Assembly (NCBI GenBank): GCA_002633005.1
Contig: NMRA01000210.1
Location: forward strand, 496,001-560,000
DNA length: 64,000 bases
Direction: 5' to 3'
Source: Phoronis australis
Lineage: Eukaryota > Animalia > Phoronida
Part shown: piece after piece, positions 13,212-25,052 of the stretch
Numbering within the stretch: position 1 is the first letter of the stretch
How the letters are laid out: each line of letters starts with the position of its first letter
Program-made: the position numbers and the translations under genes
Notes under the pieces: generated by a model
What the model was told of the DNA's origin: nothing
What the model saw: the letters and a program-made list of their open reading frames with translations, nothing else
The model's database searches: none

Positions 13212-14238
13212 GTAAGTAAAACGGCTTGAATAATGAATTGAGTAGGGTTTCTTGTCATTCTGGTGGCTTGTTTTTTCGATGCACAGCCCCATCTTTAAAA
13301 AAAATTTGTACCACACCCATCTTGATATTGTGTCACGTGACCATGCAATAACCGAAAAGGTTGTTGTACTGTCACGCGACTTCGTTATTACGCATTGACC
13401 GAAGTGCAAGAAAATAATAGTCAGTTAAATCTTTGATATGTTTGGCCTCGTCCAAGTACTTACTCGGTGCAGCACCCTCGGCTAAGAACATCACCCATAT
13501 TGAAGCGCATATGGTTAAGCATATAGTATATGTGTTTTTGTCGGCGGGAGGGGGAGTTTTTTAGTGGTTCCGTGGTGTAGAAAGCTGGTGTTCTTAAATT
13601 TGAAGGTTACACTGTAGACTGGGTAGATGTCATCAATTGGATCTAGATTTTCCAATGCAAACTTTAGTTGTTCTTGAAGTTAACGATTTTGACTTGACTT
13701 CATTACGATTTGATGCCGCTTTAGCAGTAAAATGATGGTGACTTAGAGTTTTGAAACGGCTAGTTTTGAAGCTTCTCAGGGTCATAAATGGAATTACGAG
13801 ACCTCAATTTGTTGTTTCTGTGAACTCGTGCTTTCTCGAATGTCTATTCGACAGCGTGTACTACTTCTGTTAGTTTCTGTTTGCTGGGTTCGTCACTTAT
13901 ATTCCAGTGACATGGCAACACTTCTGAATGTTGTGTTGTTGCATTTCTTGTTATGTAGTACTATTGGAATTGTTTTTGAAATTTTCCACTTTTCCATGAT
14001 TTTAATAAAAAAGTTGCATAAAGTGAAAAGGAAATGTTTTAAGAAGCTAAGATCATTTTGAGATCTTGTCTTGAACACGTATCTCGCTATAACTACTTTT
14101 AGGTAGTGATGTGGTAACATTGTTAATAAAAATCTATTGGTCTTTTTACGCCAACCTCTAGGCTATTTAAATTGACACGCCAAGTGACACCTGGTTACCA
14201 CTCCTAAGGAAGATATAAATGTAATACATTTTCCTCAA

Positions 14239-14390
14239 AGGTGGTGTTGTAGTGGTTAAGTACTGGACTGTCAGTCTAAAGGTCCATAGTTCAATCCCAG
14301 GTTGAGCCAACAAAAGTAAAGAAGTGCTCATCATTGACCTCCGAAGATGGTCGAATAAGTGACCAACCGAAATGTTGTGCTAACGTAAAT
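14239..14390 (+). mobile_element. Degenerate tRNA-derived SINE-like sequence
   Basis: A box-like tagtggttaag, ctGTCag anticodon-like loop and B box-like agttcaatccc; acceptor stem does not pair. Confidence 0.5.
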
Positions 14391-14458
14391 AGGCTAGCAG
14401 TTGGAGTGAATAGACGGATAGATTTTAGAATTGAATTGATTGTCTACATTGACTGTCC

Positions 14459-14757
14459 GGTGTATGTCCTACTGAGCAGCTCACTGTTGGGTGCATGTCC
14501 TGCTGAGCAGCTCACTGTTGGGTGTATGTCCTGTTGAGCAGCTCACTGTTGGGTGTATGTCCTGTTGAGCAGCTCACTGTTGGGTGTATGTCCTGTTGAG
14601 CAGCTCACTGTTGGGTGTATGTCCTGTTGAGCAGCTCACTGTTGGGTGTATGTCCTGTTGAGCAGCTCACTGTCGGGTGTATGTCCTGTTGAGCAGCTCA
14701 CTGTCGGGTGTATGTCCTACTGAGCAGCTCGCTGATGGGTGTATGTCCTGCTGAGTG
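14459..14757. repeat. 31-bp minisatellite, about 9.6 copies
   Basis: GGTGTATGTCCTGTTGAGCAGCTCACTGTTG head-to-tail with no spacers. Confidence 0.95.
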
Positions 14758-15020
14758 AACGACTGGCCATTGCTTGTCCTCAAGAGGTCCAGGTTCCAAC
14801 TCTTGCTGATGACTGAACACATCATTTGTGTACAGTATTGTGTACATTAAACAACTGAGGTTGAGAATCATGACTTGTAAGTCACTGTTATTGATTTATA
14901 AAATAGTTGGGAATATTTTAATATGTTTTAATACTGATGTTCGTCGTTTTGTTTTTACTATTTTTATTATTTTGTATTCTTATCCGCATCTATTTGATTT
15001 ATTTATTGATTTCTTTTCAG

Positions 15021-15212
15021 TTAACAATGAACGACTTCAGCGTCCATCGGATCATCGGCAGGGGAGGCTTCGGTGAGGTGTACGGCTGTAGGAAGGCTGA
15101 TACCGGGAAGATGTATGCAATGAAGTGTCTAGACAAGAAACGGATCAAGATGAAGGGTGGCGAGACACTGGCTCTCAATGAACGCATAATGCTGTCACTG
15201 GTCAGCACAGGG
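15021..15212 (+). CDS. GRK2: GRK2/3 kinase-domain exon (Gly-rich loop, catalytic Lys)
   Basis: ttcag|TTA..GGG|gtaggt; 192 nt; [64 protein letters not shown]. Confidence 0.97.
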
Positions 15213-15269
15213 GTAGGTGACTGTGGTCGACCTGAACTCTGACCTGGTGGCGGTGACTGCATCACGCAG

Positions 15270-15880
15270 TCATCTCCGCCTGCCTGCCAGCATTTCTTCT
15301 AGAATCGTCAACGGAAACATTTGGTTTTTGTCTGAGAAGTTGTAGTGCTTTCTTATGGGTTCTTTTTTTTCAACGTTTTGAAATATTTATCTATTGAAAT
15401 AATGACATGTTCCTGTTTTTGGATGAATTTGACGTATTTTGTGTCTTCTATTGGCCATTTTAACTGTTGTGTAGTCTGTTTTTTGCATCTATCTCTCTAT
15501 CAACCAAATCACTCTAAGTATGATTGTGAAAATTGACATATATGTTCTTAGTATGAAGAGGATGGCTGATGATGATTTTTTGACGACTTCGACTACTGTG
15601 GCGCTTTCTAGTGGCAGTTATATTTTTTGTGCCCAAAGCCCCTAGTGGCAATTTCATTTTTTCCATTTCCTGTGTTTCTCTGAAGTTGCTTGACTGATTT
15701 TATGATATTTGATCAATAGCTTTCTATTAAAGAAGCGATGACAAGTTTCCGTTTTCGGATGGATTGGAATTATTTTGCGCCATCTAGTGGTCATTTATGG
15801 GATACAAATAAACACCCCTAGAAGCACATCGTTTGTGGTGCCTTCATAGGCGCATTTTAACCCTCCGCATGGCTCTTGTT
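15270..15880 (+). mobile_element. Helentron/HINE-like interspersed repeat with internal subunits; related fragments at ~600-1320, 3140-3540, 10240-10990, 29195-29290, 40940-41045, 45600-46400
   Basis: Recurrent subunit gactactgtggcgccccctagtggca...tctctgtatct...ttttcatgaaatttgg; 3' end gcgcattttaaccctccgc..ctcttgtt shared with 29195-29290; family assignment is inferred. Confidence 0.6.
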
Positions 15881-17113
15881 GTAATTATGAGTACCTTCAT
15901 CAAGTTTCAGAACCAAATTTCGATTCAGTGTGAATAGGTAGATAAGTGACGTGTTGATGTGCATGAAGTAGTCTCAGTAGGGACTAAACTATGTTCCCTA
16001 AGGTTTTTGCACATCTCTGGACTTTAAGGACTCGGCCCTTGTTCATTTCCTTTGAGAGAAGGGCTCAGTTTTCAGATATATTAAGTAAAAAAGGAGCTCA
16101 CAATAAAGACAAAATGGTGGGAAACTGTTAACATTAGTCAGTAAATAAAGTCTGCAAATGCGCTGAATATTTATCGAACGTAGTTGAATTCCTACTGGAA
16201 CTGTTTCATGCATCCTGCGTCCAATGCCTTTTTGATTTATGCCACTGCACTTATCACTTAATGATGGCCCCTGGATCTATCTAACTAGGGGGGAATTGCT
16301 TACACAGGTATGCTGCTTTTCTGCTCTCGTAACAGCTTCAGTCACTGCACTGTGAAATATACAGTGTGCTTCAAAAGGATGTAATCAACTTGAAAATACT
16401 GTATGTCTGCAACCGCAAACTATACAGGGTGTTTTTAAAAGGTGGGCATGATTTGTTTGAAATTGTCTGTTGTCTCTATATTTCAATTGCAGTATGGGAA
16501 TGGGTTATAGGACATTTACACATTCACTTGATGAAACCATTAGCTTTGAACCCCTTTGTGTACTTTTGATGTGCTGCCTGCAAGAAAGCAACTCTTCCAT
16601 GTGCAAGAATGAAAGTTTTACAAGTCGGAAATGCTGCATTTTGTTACTAGCTGCGTTCTTCACAACTGAGAACCCGAATATGGTTGAAGAACACAAACAT
16701 CAACAAATGTGTCAGAAACGTTCTCCGTGTGTAAATGTACTTGCAGCTGTGTTATGTTTCATGTACATTCACCTGCTCTGTTACCCAATGTATTTAGGCA
16801 GGAATGCGCAGCAGTGCCGAAAAGCGTTTGTTTTATATGTAAAAACTAATAAGTTATTTACATTTGGGTCAATGTTTTATTAATAAGCATGAACTGGCTG
16901 TGTCCTCCTTACCTGTAAAGCCAGACATTAGGGGTATTCAAACACACTCGCATCATATGTGTCGCATCCCTGATACATCAGATAGTGTTGTTCTCCAGGG
17001 TATTCGTTGAGAATGTCAGCTACATTGCTTAAGTAATGTTTTATGAGGTTCAGTATTGGTTGAATGCCGTGGAATAATATTAATTAATTGATTGTGATCG
17101 TGGTTGGTTATAG

Positions 17114-17360
17114 CAGAGCTTGGAATTTTCCTCTTTCAAGAGGATTTCATCTTTTTTGGTTTCGATTTCCTCTTATTTGATTTCCAGTTTATTTTTTGTC
17201 TCTTTTTTATCATTTCTTGACTTTATTTATGCAAAAACGTTTATTCCAGTTACATTTTACTACACAAAAATATTTCTATCGCACAATCCTATTTATTTGT
17301 GGAATAATACATCGCTTGGAAGATTTTCCTCATTTTTGTTATTGGTCATTGCAAGGGCTG
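17114..17360. mobile_element. hAT-like MITE with 6-bp TSD; family members at 22037-22517 and ~59770-59990
   Basis: Ends CAGAGCTTGGAA..TCATTGCAAGGGCTG; TTATAG on both sides. Confidence 0.65.
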
Positions 17361-17421
17361 TTATAGAAAGGCTTAATGCTGTGGTGATTGTTCAACCAAT
17401 TGCTTTATTGTTTGTTTGCAG

Positions 17422-17634
17422 GAGGGTAGTCCATTTATTGTCTGTATGACATATGCATTTCAAACACCAGAAAAACTATGCTTCATCCTCGATCTAATGA
17501 ACGGCGGTGACCTGCACTATCACCTGTCGCAGCACGGCGTGTTCGGCGAAAAGGAGGTGCGCTTCTATGCCGCCGAAGTCATCCTCGGTCTGGAGCACAT
17601 GCACAGCCGATTTGTGGTCTACAGGGATTTGAAG
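17422..17634 (+). CDS. GRK2: GRK2/3 kinase-domain exon (to YRDLK)
   Basis: ttgcag|GAG..AAG|gtaaca; 213 nt; [39 protein letters not shown]...VVYRDLK. Confidence 0.97.
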
Positions 17635-17769
17635 GTAACAGTAATCATGGTTCTCTGTGTTCTAGTGATTGTAAGGTCACAATAGTTGTTGTTAGCTGGG
17701 TTGAAATGGGTTGAAATTAGTAGAATAAACAGACTGTTCAGACTCCCATCTCATCAGTCCATTCCGTGG

Positions 17770-17872
17770 CAACAGTCTGACGTAAGGTGCCCACATTGTG
17801 AGAACCAGTTGATGCCTGTTATTCAGTGGAGAAAACTGGTTCTCAAAATGCAGGCATGTTATATCAGACTAT
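17770..17872. mobile_element. ~100 bp palindromic MITE; copies at ~20937-21041 and ~25492-25589
   Basis: agtctgatataac..gagaaccagtt..aactggttctc..gttatatcagact fold-back repeated three times. Confidence 0.7.
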
Positions 17873-18185
17873 TACCATTCTGTTTTTATTTCATACCTTT
17901 TGGCTATTGTCTATCTGATATTTGTGTCAGCCATGCTCTCATCTCAGTTGAAGGAGAACTTGCTTCTGCTCAACATAAAGCATGCTCTGGAAAATCCCCT
18001 GGGGTGTACTTGACTTGATTTGAGATGGATTGCTTTTCTGAGGATTTGAGATATTAGCCTTATATGTGGGGTTTCTCTCATCGTCGGTTATCATGAAGAT
18101 TTGGCCTTGATGTAGAATTTTTGTAGAATTCTTTGTGAGTTAAATCTGTCTTAGATAAATCTGACCGTGTGTTTCTTATTTCCAG

Positions 18186-18280
18186 CCAGCAAACATATTA
18201 TTAGATGAAAGTGGCCACGTGAGGATATCAGACTTAGGATTAGCCTGTGACTTTTCAAAGAAGAAACCTCACGCTAGTGT
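18186..18280 (+). CDS. GRK2: GRK2/3 kinase-domain exon (DLG motif)
   Basis: ttccag|CCA..GT|gtacgt; 95 nt; [32 protein letters not shown], with the GRK-specific DLG. Confidence 0.96.
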
Positions 18281-18879
18281 GTACGTACTGCTGTGTTCTT
18301 TGTGACTTTGTGTCCATGGTGTCCCAACTTATCGATGGTGTCCAATCATTGTAAAAACCTGGAAAATGGTGGAAATTTCTCGTGTTTGGAAAATATAATG
18401 GGATGTTTGTAATAAAAAGTCACGTTGCAAGTTTGCGCTGTCAGTTGACCTTTAGCATTCATAATCATTGGCGTAGATTACTGGATATCTATTTTTCTGA
18501 GCATTTGTAAATTTCTAAAAACTGGAAACATTTCACTGTCTAGAAATTCACGGGAAATGGGTGGGCACCATTTAAATAGAGTGTTTACTTGAAGGTGCGG
18601 TATTGGTTTTATGGACGAAAAGTATATTTTCAAGATTATTATTGGATGGGATAGACTTTGTGCAGTTTTATTACCTTTGACCGGAGCTATAAAAACAAGA
18701 AAAGCCACTGTTTTTTTTTTGTACATTTATTGCAAATCTCCAGTACTCGTCATTGTCTGCCAGACATTTGATGAAATCTAGGCCGGTGACTTTACCTGTT
18801 AAATATGTTTAGAATACTTTGACATTTATCATGTGGGATTTACCTCTGCCAGCAGAGCATTAGGCTGTGACTGCAGGGG

Positions 18880-19437
18880 CTCAATTTTGATGTCGAGCAA
18901 AGATAGGAGCAAGCTTTCTGCATTTTGTGCCTGAACCTGCTATCCCGGTATCTTACGGATGTTGCAGGATGAGTATACGCAACTGGGTACATACCCAGTC
19001 AGCAGCCCAGTGGGCATCACTTAACTCCTGCAGAGAGACCAAGGAGAATTTTCCCAACGTGGTCGAACCAAAAGGTTCAAAAAGCCTTCTGAGTCTAGAT
19101 AGATTGGGTATAAGACACGTCATTCAAATTTTGACGGGCCACTGCAACCTAGCCCGACACAGACACATTACTGGGCATATGGGGAGCCCTGTTTGTCCCG
19201 AGTGTGGTACTGACGTAGAATCTCCTAAACACCTGGTAGAGTCTTGCCCAGCTTTTTATAGGCTAAGGAGCAACCTACTGGATGGCATTGTTACATGCCT
19301 ACAACATATAGTGCATGGCAACAAATGGAAACGTCTGTCCGTTTTCCTAAAGGAGACTGGCAGACTTGAAAACTTTCTTCACGAGGAGCCATAATTGGGG
19401 TCTCGTGCCTTTGCTCAGGTGTTTTGTGCAATGGGCC
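18880..19437 (+). mobile_element. 3' fragment of a LOA/R1-like LINE: open ORF2 C-terminus with CCHC knuckle, plus 3' UTR
   Basis: ORF 18927-19394: PEPAIPVS..W..QW....CRETK..LLSL.R..I..LTGHCNLARH..CPECG...ESPKHLVESCPA; runs into the N gap. Confidence 0.85.
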
Positions 19438-19624
19438 NNNNNNNNNNNNNNNNNNNNNNNNNNNNNNNNNNNNNNNNNNNNNNNNNNNNNNNNNNNNNNN
19501 NNNNNNNNNNNNNNNNNNNNNNNNNNNNNNNNNNNNNNNNNNNNNNNNNNNNNNNNNNNNNNNNNNNNNNNNNNNNNNNNNNNNNNNNNNNNNNNNNNNN
19601 NNNNNNNNNNNNNNNNNNNNNNNN
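19438..19624. other. Assembly gap (187 N)
   Basis: Run of N. Confidence 1.
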
Positions 19625-19909
19625 TAAAACCCCAAGTTGTTAAATTTTAAAGTTTTTGCAGAATGCCCAGCACAGTTTTCTGCACAGAAATATCAAATCA
19701 CAATTTTGGTATATCCTAGTTTAGTTTCTTCAATTTCTTTTCGCAATTTCAGAATAACGGGTCAAAACCAGTACATTTGAATCAATTTTTTCGCAGCATG
19801 ACCAGCTTAGTTAACAAAATCGTAATTATTTTAATGCACCTCGTATACATGGTGACGGGCAGAGCAAATTCTCTTATACTATATCGTTAGCATTCCTTTT
19901 TAATTGCAG

Positions 19910-20017
19910 GGGCACACATGGCTACATGGCCCCAGAGGTGTTGAGTAAGGGTACGGCCTACGACTCGAGTGCTGACTGGTTCTCATTTGGTTGTATGCTC
20001 TACAAGTTACTAAAGGG
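19910..20017 (+). CDS. GRK2: GRK2/3 kinase-domain exon (APE)
   Basis: ttgcag|G GGC..GG|gtgagt; 108 nt; [36 protein letters not shown]. Confidence 0.96.
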
Positions 20018-20289
20018 GTGAGTGACCTAGATCTCGCGTTGCGCATGTCACATGGCTAGTTTTGTTGGAGGTGGTTTTGTTTTTGTAGAGGGACACAGTG
20101 TGGGACTAGCAAGATTTATTGTTGTTATCAATTTTGTCTGAAAGCGTGTGAGCTATGTATGGTAGAGTGAGATAGTCTTACCAGAGAGAGCTGTTGACCT
20201 ATATTTAATCAAAACTTTACTGAACACTTTAAGACACTTGGCTTTCCTTCTTGTGAACTTCTGCAGCTGTTAAGCAGTTGTTGGCAGTA

Positions 20290-20515
20290 TCCGTGTGTTT
20301 TAGTGGTCAATGTGGTCCACTTAACTTAAGTGTTCCTGTCTGTTGCAGTCACATAGCCTTGTTGTAGTTGACTCTACCGCATGCATAAGTACCACCTATG
20401 GCTGGAAGTGACCTGCAATGGACCAGTGCGTTGTCCAGGGGAACTTGGCTCTAGCTACAGAAGCCAATTAGTAGTGGTTCAATGAGCCTAAGGGATCATG
20501 AAGGTTGACTTTAAC
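20290..20515 (+). mobile_element. Highly degenerate SINE (V/CORE-like body, L2-like tail)
   Basis: acctgcaatggaccagtgcgttgtccagggg and tail gagcctaagggatcatgaaggttgactttaac resemble widespread metazoan SINE bodies. Confidence 0.35.
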
Positions 20516-20540
20516 AAACGGTTGTTGTTGCTGTTTGCAG

Positions 20541-20607
20541 ACACAGTCCGTTCAGACAGCACAAGACAAAGGACAAGCACGAGATAGACAGGATGACTAT
20601 GACAATG
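20541..20607 (+). CDS. GRK2: GRK2/3 kinase-domain exon
   Basis: ttgcag|A CAC..ATG|gtgaga; 67 nt; [22 protein letters not shown]. Confidence 0.95.
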
Positions 20608-21340
20608 GTGAGACACACACAGTCATAGTTGTTACATTCATAATGTTACTGTCACGAGTCAATAGGTTAGGGTTGATTAAGTCTTGTTGTTTCACTACAT
20701 GTGATTGTACTTTCAATTTCAACTGTACATCATTCTATAAGTAATGCATCTTTAGTAGTTCAACTATTTGAAATCAATGTTAAAGGCGACAGCATGCCCT
20801 ATAAAAAGATAATACTTGCCTAAGGTTATTCCTTCTTGGTTTGGCCAAGTTTCTATTGCAAAATAACAGTTATAAGTCTTGGTCCAGACAATCTTTGTGG
20901 GAAACTTTATTTCAAGTAGAAATTGAGATTTCAGCAATAGTCTGTCTGATATAACGTGGCCATATTTTGGAAACCAGTTAATGTCTGTGATACAGTGGAG
21001 AAAACTGATTCTCAAAAATGCGGGCACGTTATGTCAGACTTTTGCCACGATTTCTGTCAGTTTTCGCACAAGGGTAATTCTCGATGCGATTTCGAAAATG
21101 GGACGATATCCGAGTTGAAACCAATCAGGTACCGTACAATCTGAGTAAGAACCTAGTGCACGATTTCGCATTGGAGATATGCATTTGTCCAAAGTTGCCA
21201 GTCTCCAAACCGTTTCTTCGAGACATTAAGACGAACTCAGACATTCTAAGAATGAGTTTGGTGTGGCGTGCCGGTTAATGTACTTACTTATTTTTACCTA
21301 GGCCAGAGTATTTTTAAATCTTTGTATTCTTGGTGTCCAG

Positions 21341-21441
21341 AATGTCGAGTTCCCAGAATCAATGTCGCCGGACATGAAGTCATTATTAGACGGTCTGCTG
21401 AAGAGAGAGGTGGACGAGAGGCTTGGCTGTAAAGGAAAAGG
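21341..21441 (+). CDS. GRK2: GRK2/3 kinase-domain exon
   Basis: tccag|AAT..GG|gtaagg; 101 nt; [34 protein letters not shown]. Confidence 0.94.
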
Positions 21442-21779
21442 GTAAGGAGTGAGGGGTGGAACATAAAAGCTAAGGGTAATGTGTTGAGGGCTGAGACATG
21501 AATGGAAAGGGTTCTATCATCCTGCACTATAGTAGGATAAGGGTTGTGCATATTGGAGTCCAAGTAGTTCATTTGATCCATTATAGCCTGCTGTACCCAA
21601 TACTGTTTTGAGGTTTACGATGCACACTAATACTGTACGCTTTCTCTGCTGCAGTACTGCTATGTACGAATAAATATGGAAGATACTCGCCAGTTGTTAT
21701 TGAAGCTTTCCGTTGAGTCTCATCTTCTGAAAGCAATCTTTGCTGAACGAGACGTCATTTATTATCTTTGAATCACCAG

Positions 21780-21942
21780 GGCATCAGAACTGAAGGAACA
21801 TGGTTACTTCAAGGGTATTGACTGGCAGCAGGTGTCCTTACAGAAGTACACGCCTCCTCTGATCCCCCCACGGGGTGAGGTTAATGCAGCTGATGCCTTT
21901 GACATTGGGTCGTTTGACGAGGACGATACTAAGGGGATCAAG
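21780..21942 (+). CDS. GRK2: GRK2/3 AGC C-tail exon
   Basis: accag|G GCA..AAG|gtaata; 163 nt; [54 protein letters not shown]. Confidence 0.96.
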
Positions 21943-22036
21943 GTAATAATACGGAGTAACTTACAATAATATTTGTAAGGTATATATGTAATATTTGCTA
22001 TATATTATTAAGCTTTAAACTGTCATGAGATTTGTT

Positions 22037-22517
22037 CGGGGCTTGGAATTTTCCGTGGAAACGCGGATTTCCGCTTTTTTCAAATGTTCTGTCCGCGTAT
22101 TTTATTATATTTCCATGTAAAAAATATCGGATTTGATGTAAAATTTCCGCGGCAAATTTCTTTCTTGCTGCGGCGTTGCCGACAACTTTCACCTCGGAAA
22201 GCAAGAAGTTGCTCTTTATGTTTCGGAGGAATGTAAATTGTCATCATTGCCGGGGCACCTGGGATAGCGTGGTTTTCTTCAATGGCACCTCGTGAGATTG
22301 TAAATCGTGGTGACAAATAGACGGATGAGCTAAAAAGACGCACGCAGACGCACGCTTCAGTAGGTGGTACCTTTTTTTTAGTCCTCCCGATGTTTTGTCG
22401 GCAAAAGGTCCACATCGACAACATTTCGAGCCCCCCCCCCATTTTCAAGGCTGGGTGCGCGCCTGTTTAGGGTCGTAAAAATTGCTGCTTTTTTGTCATG
22501 GTTCATTCCAAGCCCTG
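22037..22517. mobile_element. hAT-like MITE with a nested fragment of the 36140-36407 family
   Basis: Ends CGGGGCTTGGAA / TTCCAAGCCCTG; flanks TTTGTT / TTTCTT; nested gagccccccc..ggctgggtgcgcgcctg. Confidence 0.6.
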
Positions 22518-24889
22518 TTTCTTCCTGTTATCGGCGCTGGTGGTTTTAATTGCAAAAACAGAAACTGAGTTAGTTGTTCGTATTGGTGTAGGTCACGAAG
22601 GTTTTAGACACAGGTAATGGATTCCAATATGAATTCTTCTCCGTTCTCTTCAGCGGTCAAAGACTCAAGTTTCACGAAGTGGGTGTAGGAAAGTAATGGT
22701 ATTGTGGAAAAGTGCAAGTTTGTGTGAACCGTACTTCTTAAATCTGTGCATTGCACTTGCTTATCTGTATTGCTTACAGCTTTTGGTTGCCATTCACTTG
22801 TAGGTCTTCTTTACACTTACTGTCATGGAAAAACAAACTTTGACTGTTTAAAGTGTTGAAAGCCAACATATTCTTATCTCCATAATGTTAGCATTAATTT
22901 TGTTATGATCTCTATATTGTTTGACCTAGTTATAGTCCTTATTTCAAATAAAACTAACTGTATTTGTGTTTCCGTAGAATAAATGGCTAATGATTTAGAC
23001 CTTCAAATAATGGAACCAGTGTTTGAGACTTTAGCAATTTCACCTCATTATGACCTACTTTTCAAATATGTAGGTCACGGAACAATCTGCTGTGCTCAGT
23101 TGCATGAAACAGTCCCAGGGACTCAACAAATTTCCCTAAATCTTTTGCGTATTGGTGTCGTTGTTTTTACTCACAAATGTAATCTTTTTCTATCATTTTG
23201 TCTTTTATTATTAGCTCCTCGTTGACTTATGTCATTTTCTAATATTATAACTGAAAACTGAACCCTGAGTTCAGTGAAAATAAATAGGAAATTAGTCCTT
23301 AAATTACTGGCATTGCATGAAAAGGCCCCTATTAATTTTTGATAATATTGAGAATTCAACGAAGAGTTCACCATCGATTTGTACTAAATTCAGAAAATGA
23401 CTTATTAATGAAACTAAAACAGCATAGGGAAAGGCGATCGATGTTTGCTCAAGTCCGTAAATGTGCAAAAGAAGATTTTAGGAACTTAGTTGAGTCCCTA
23501 TTGGGAACCGTTTCATGCAGCGTGGCACTGACCTACATGGAATTATTGGCTAGATAATGTATTTGTATGTTTTGCAAACCTGAACACTGTGTCCAGTTGT
23601 CACCCAAATTGAGAAAATAGTTACAACTTTATCAAAATAAAAAGTCTTTGAATGCACTACATTGGGGTAACTCAGTTAGCATGCAGACATTTGGCAAAAT
23701 GAAACACTAGGTGAAGCTAAACTAGGAATTGAAAATTAGAATTTCATTTCTAGTTGTCATTTTTCATCTTTCATTTTTTTAGAAATTAAATATAAGTGGT
23801 GTACAGTACTTTTGTCAAAGCAAGACACGTGAAAATGATCACTGTAGATAGTGAAGTTGGGAAACATGTTGTCCTGAATGGGTTTGTTACATACCCTGCT
23901 CTAAAACTCGTGCCTTTTTCCGGCGAGTGCCTTTTCCGGTGGGGAAACAAAATTGCCATGGTGTGACTGAAAGCCGTGTTGTTACAATCTGCGCCACAAA
24001 TGCTGCACCTCACCTTTGTCAACTTTGTTTAAAATTGCAAAAATATCAGGCAACTGCGTCGCAACCACGCAGACAATGGAAAGCTTAGGCACGCAGTATT
24101 GGTCGTTCACACCACTACATTATTCGGGTCAGCCAGTAACAAGTCAGCAGCTGATTAGTTATTCATGGTCTATGCTTCACTCATCTCAATGTTGTTTGAT
24201 TACTTGTCCCCAAGTCTCACTTCACACTTAAGTGCACATGCCCTTATAAGCCTTCGAGGAAGATTTTGCTTATATTCCAACCAGCCCAAGGACTGTCCAG
24301 GGGTCGGGGTACAATCTTTTTTCTGAAAATCGAACTCGAAATTTATTTTGGCATTTTTCATTCTACTTTTGTGCGAACTCAAGAGAAGCGTCTATTAGTC
24401 TGTGTTCAAGTACATTATGGTTTAGGTGCATGAGTTTCTATTCCAAGTTCATACTTTATGACCCCTAGATTCGAGCTATAATCTTGAGTAAAAAGTCAAG
24501 TTTTTAATTCAGACTCGAATTTAATGCCGGGCTCATCAAGAGCAAGCTAGGATTAACAGATTAGGCTGCGGGCCCAGATGTTGAACACGCTGCCATCTGT
24601 TGGTATATCCCATTTACATCTGTTGATATGTATATGCTTTACAAGCATATTTACTGCTCTAAATTTGCGTGCTTTGAGTAGCTCATGTCCAGTCTTGCTT
24701 CATGTGTTATACGAGGCTGTCGAGAGCCTGGTTTCCCCAATAACCCGTGACCAGTATTCGAGGTATTTGCTCTTGTCGATGCATTTCAAGGGCGTGTGCT
24801 TATGTGGACTTCTTCCGAGTTATTTCGATGGAAGATAGTGTCCTCGGCCACGTGACAGACTGTCTGAAGTGCAGTGTCTTCTCTTGTAG

Positions 24890-25052
24890 CTGTCTGACTC
24901 TGATCAAGAGCTGTACAGGAACTTCCCACTTGTTGTCTCGGAGCGTTGGCAGCAGGAAGTAGCCGAAACTGTGTTTGAAACTGTTAATCAAGAAACGGAC
25001 AAAATCGAGCAAAAGCGGCGGCAGAAGCCCAAGACTGAAGAAGTTGATGCTG
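24890..25052 (+). CDS. GRK2: GRK2/3 exon (C-tail and terminal RH helices)
   Basis: ttgtag|CTG..G|gtaggt; 163 nt; [54 protein letters not shown]. Confidence 0.95.

Noticed and set aside
14459-14757. CRISPR-like array (31-bp palindromic repeat)
   Set aside because: Units are contiguous with no unique spacers; eukaryotic intron; no cas genes.
16470-16883. 137-aa ORF as a nested gene
   Set aside because: No recognisable motif; sits beside mariner-like ends (TACAGTGTG at ~16359, TACAGGGTG at ~16423), so probably transposon debris.
17419-17424. NAGNAG (CAG-GAG) alternative acceptor
   Set aside because: GAG is a poor acceptor; one-residue effect; no evidence of use.
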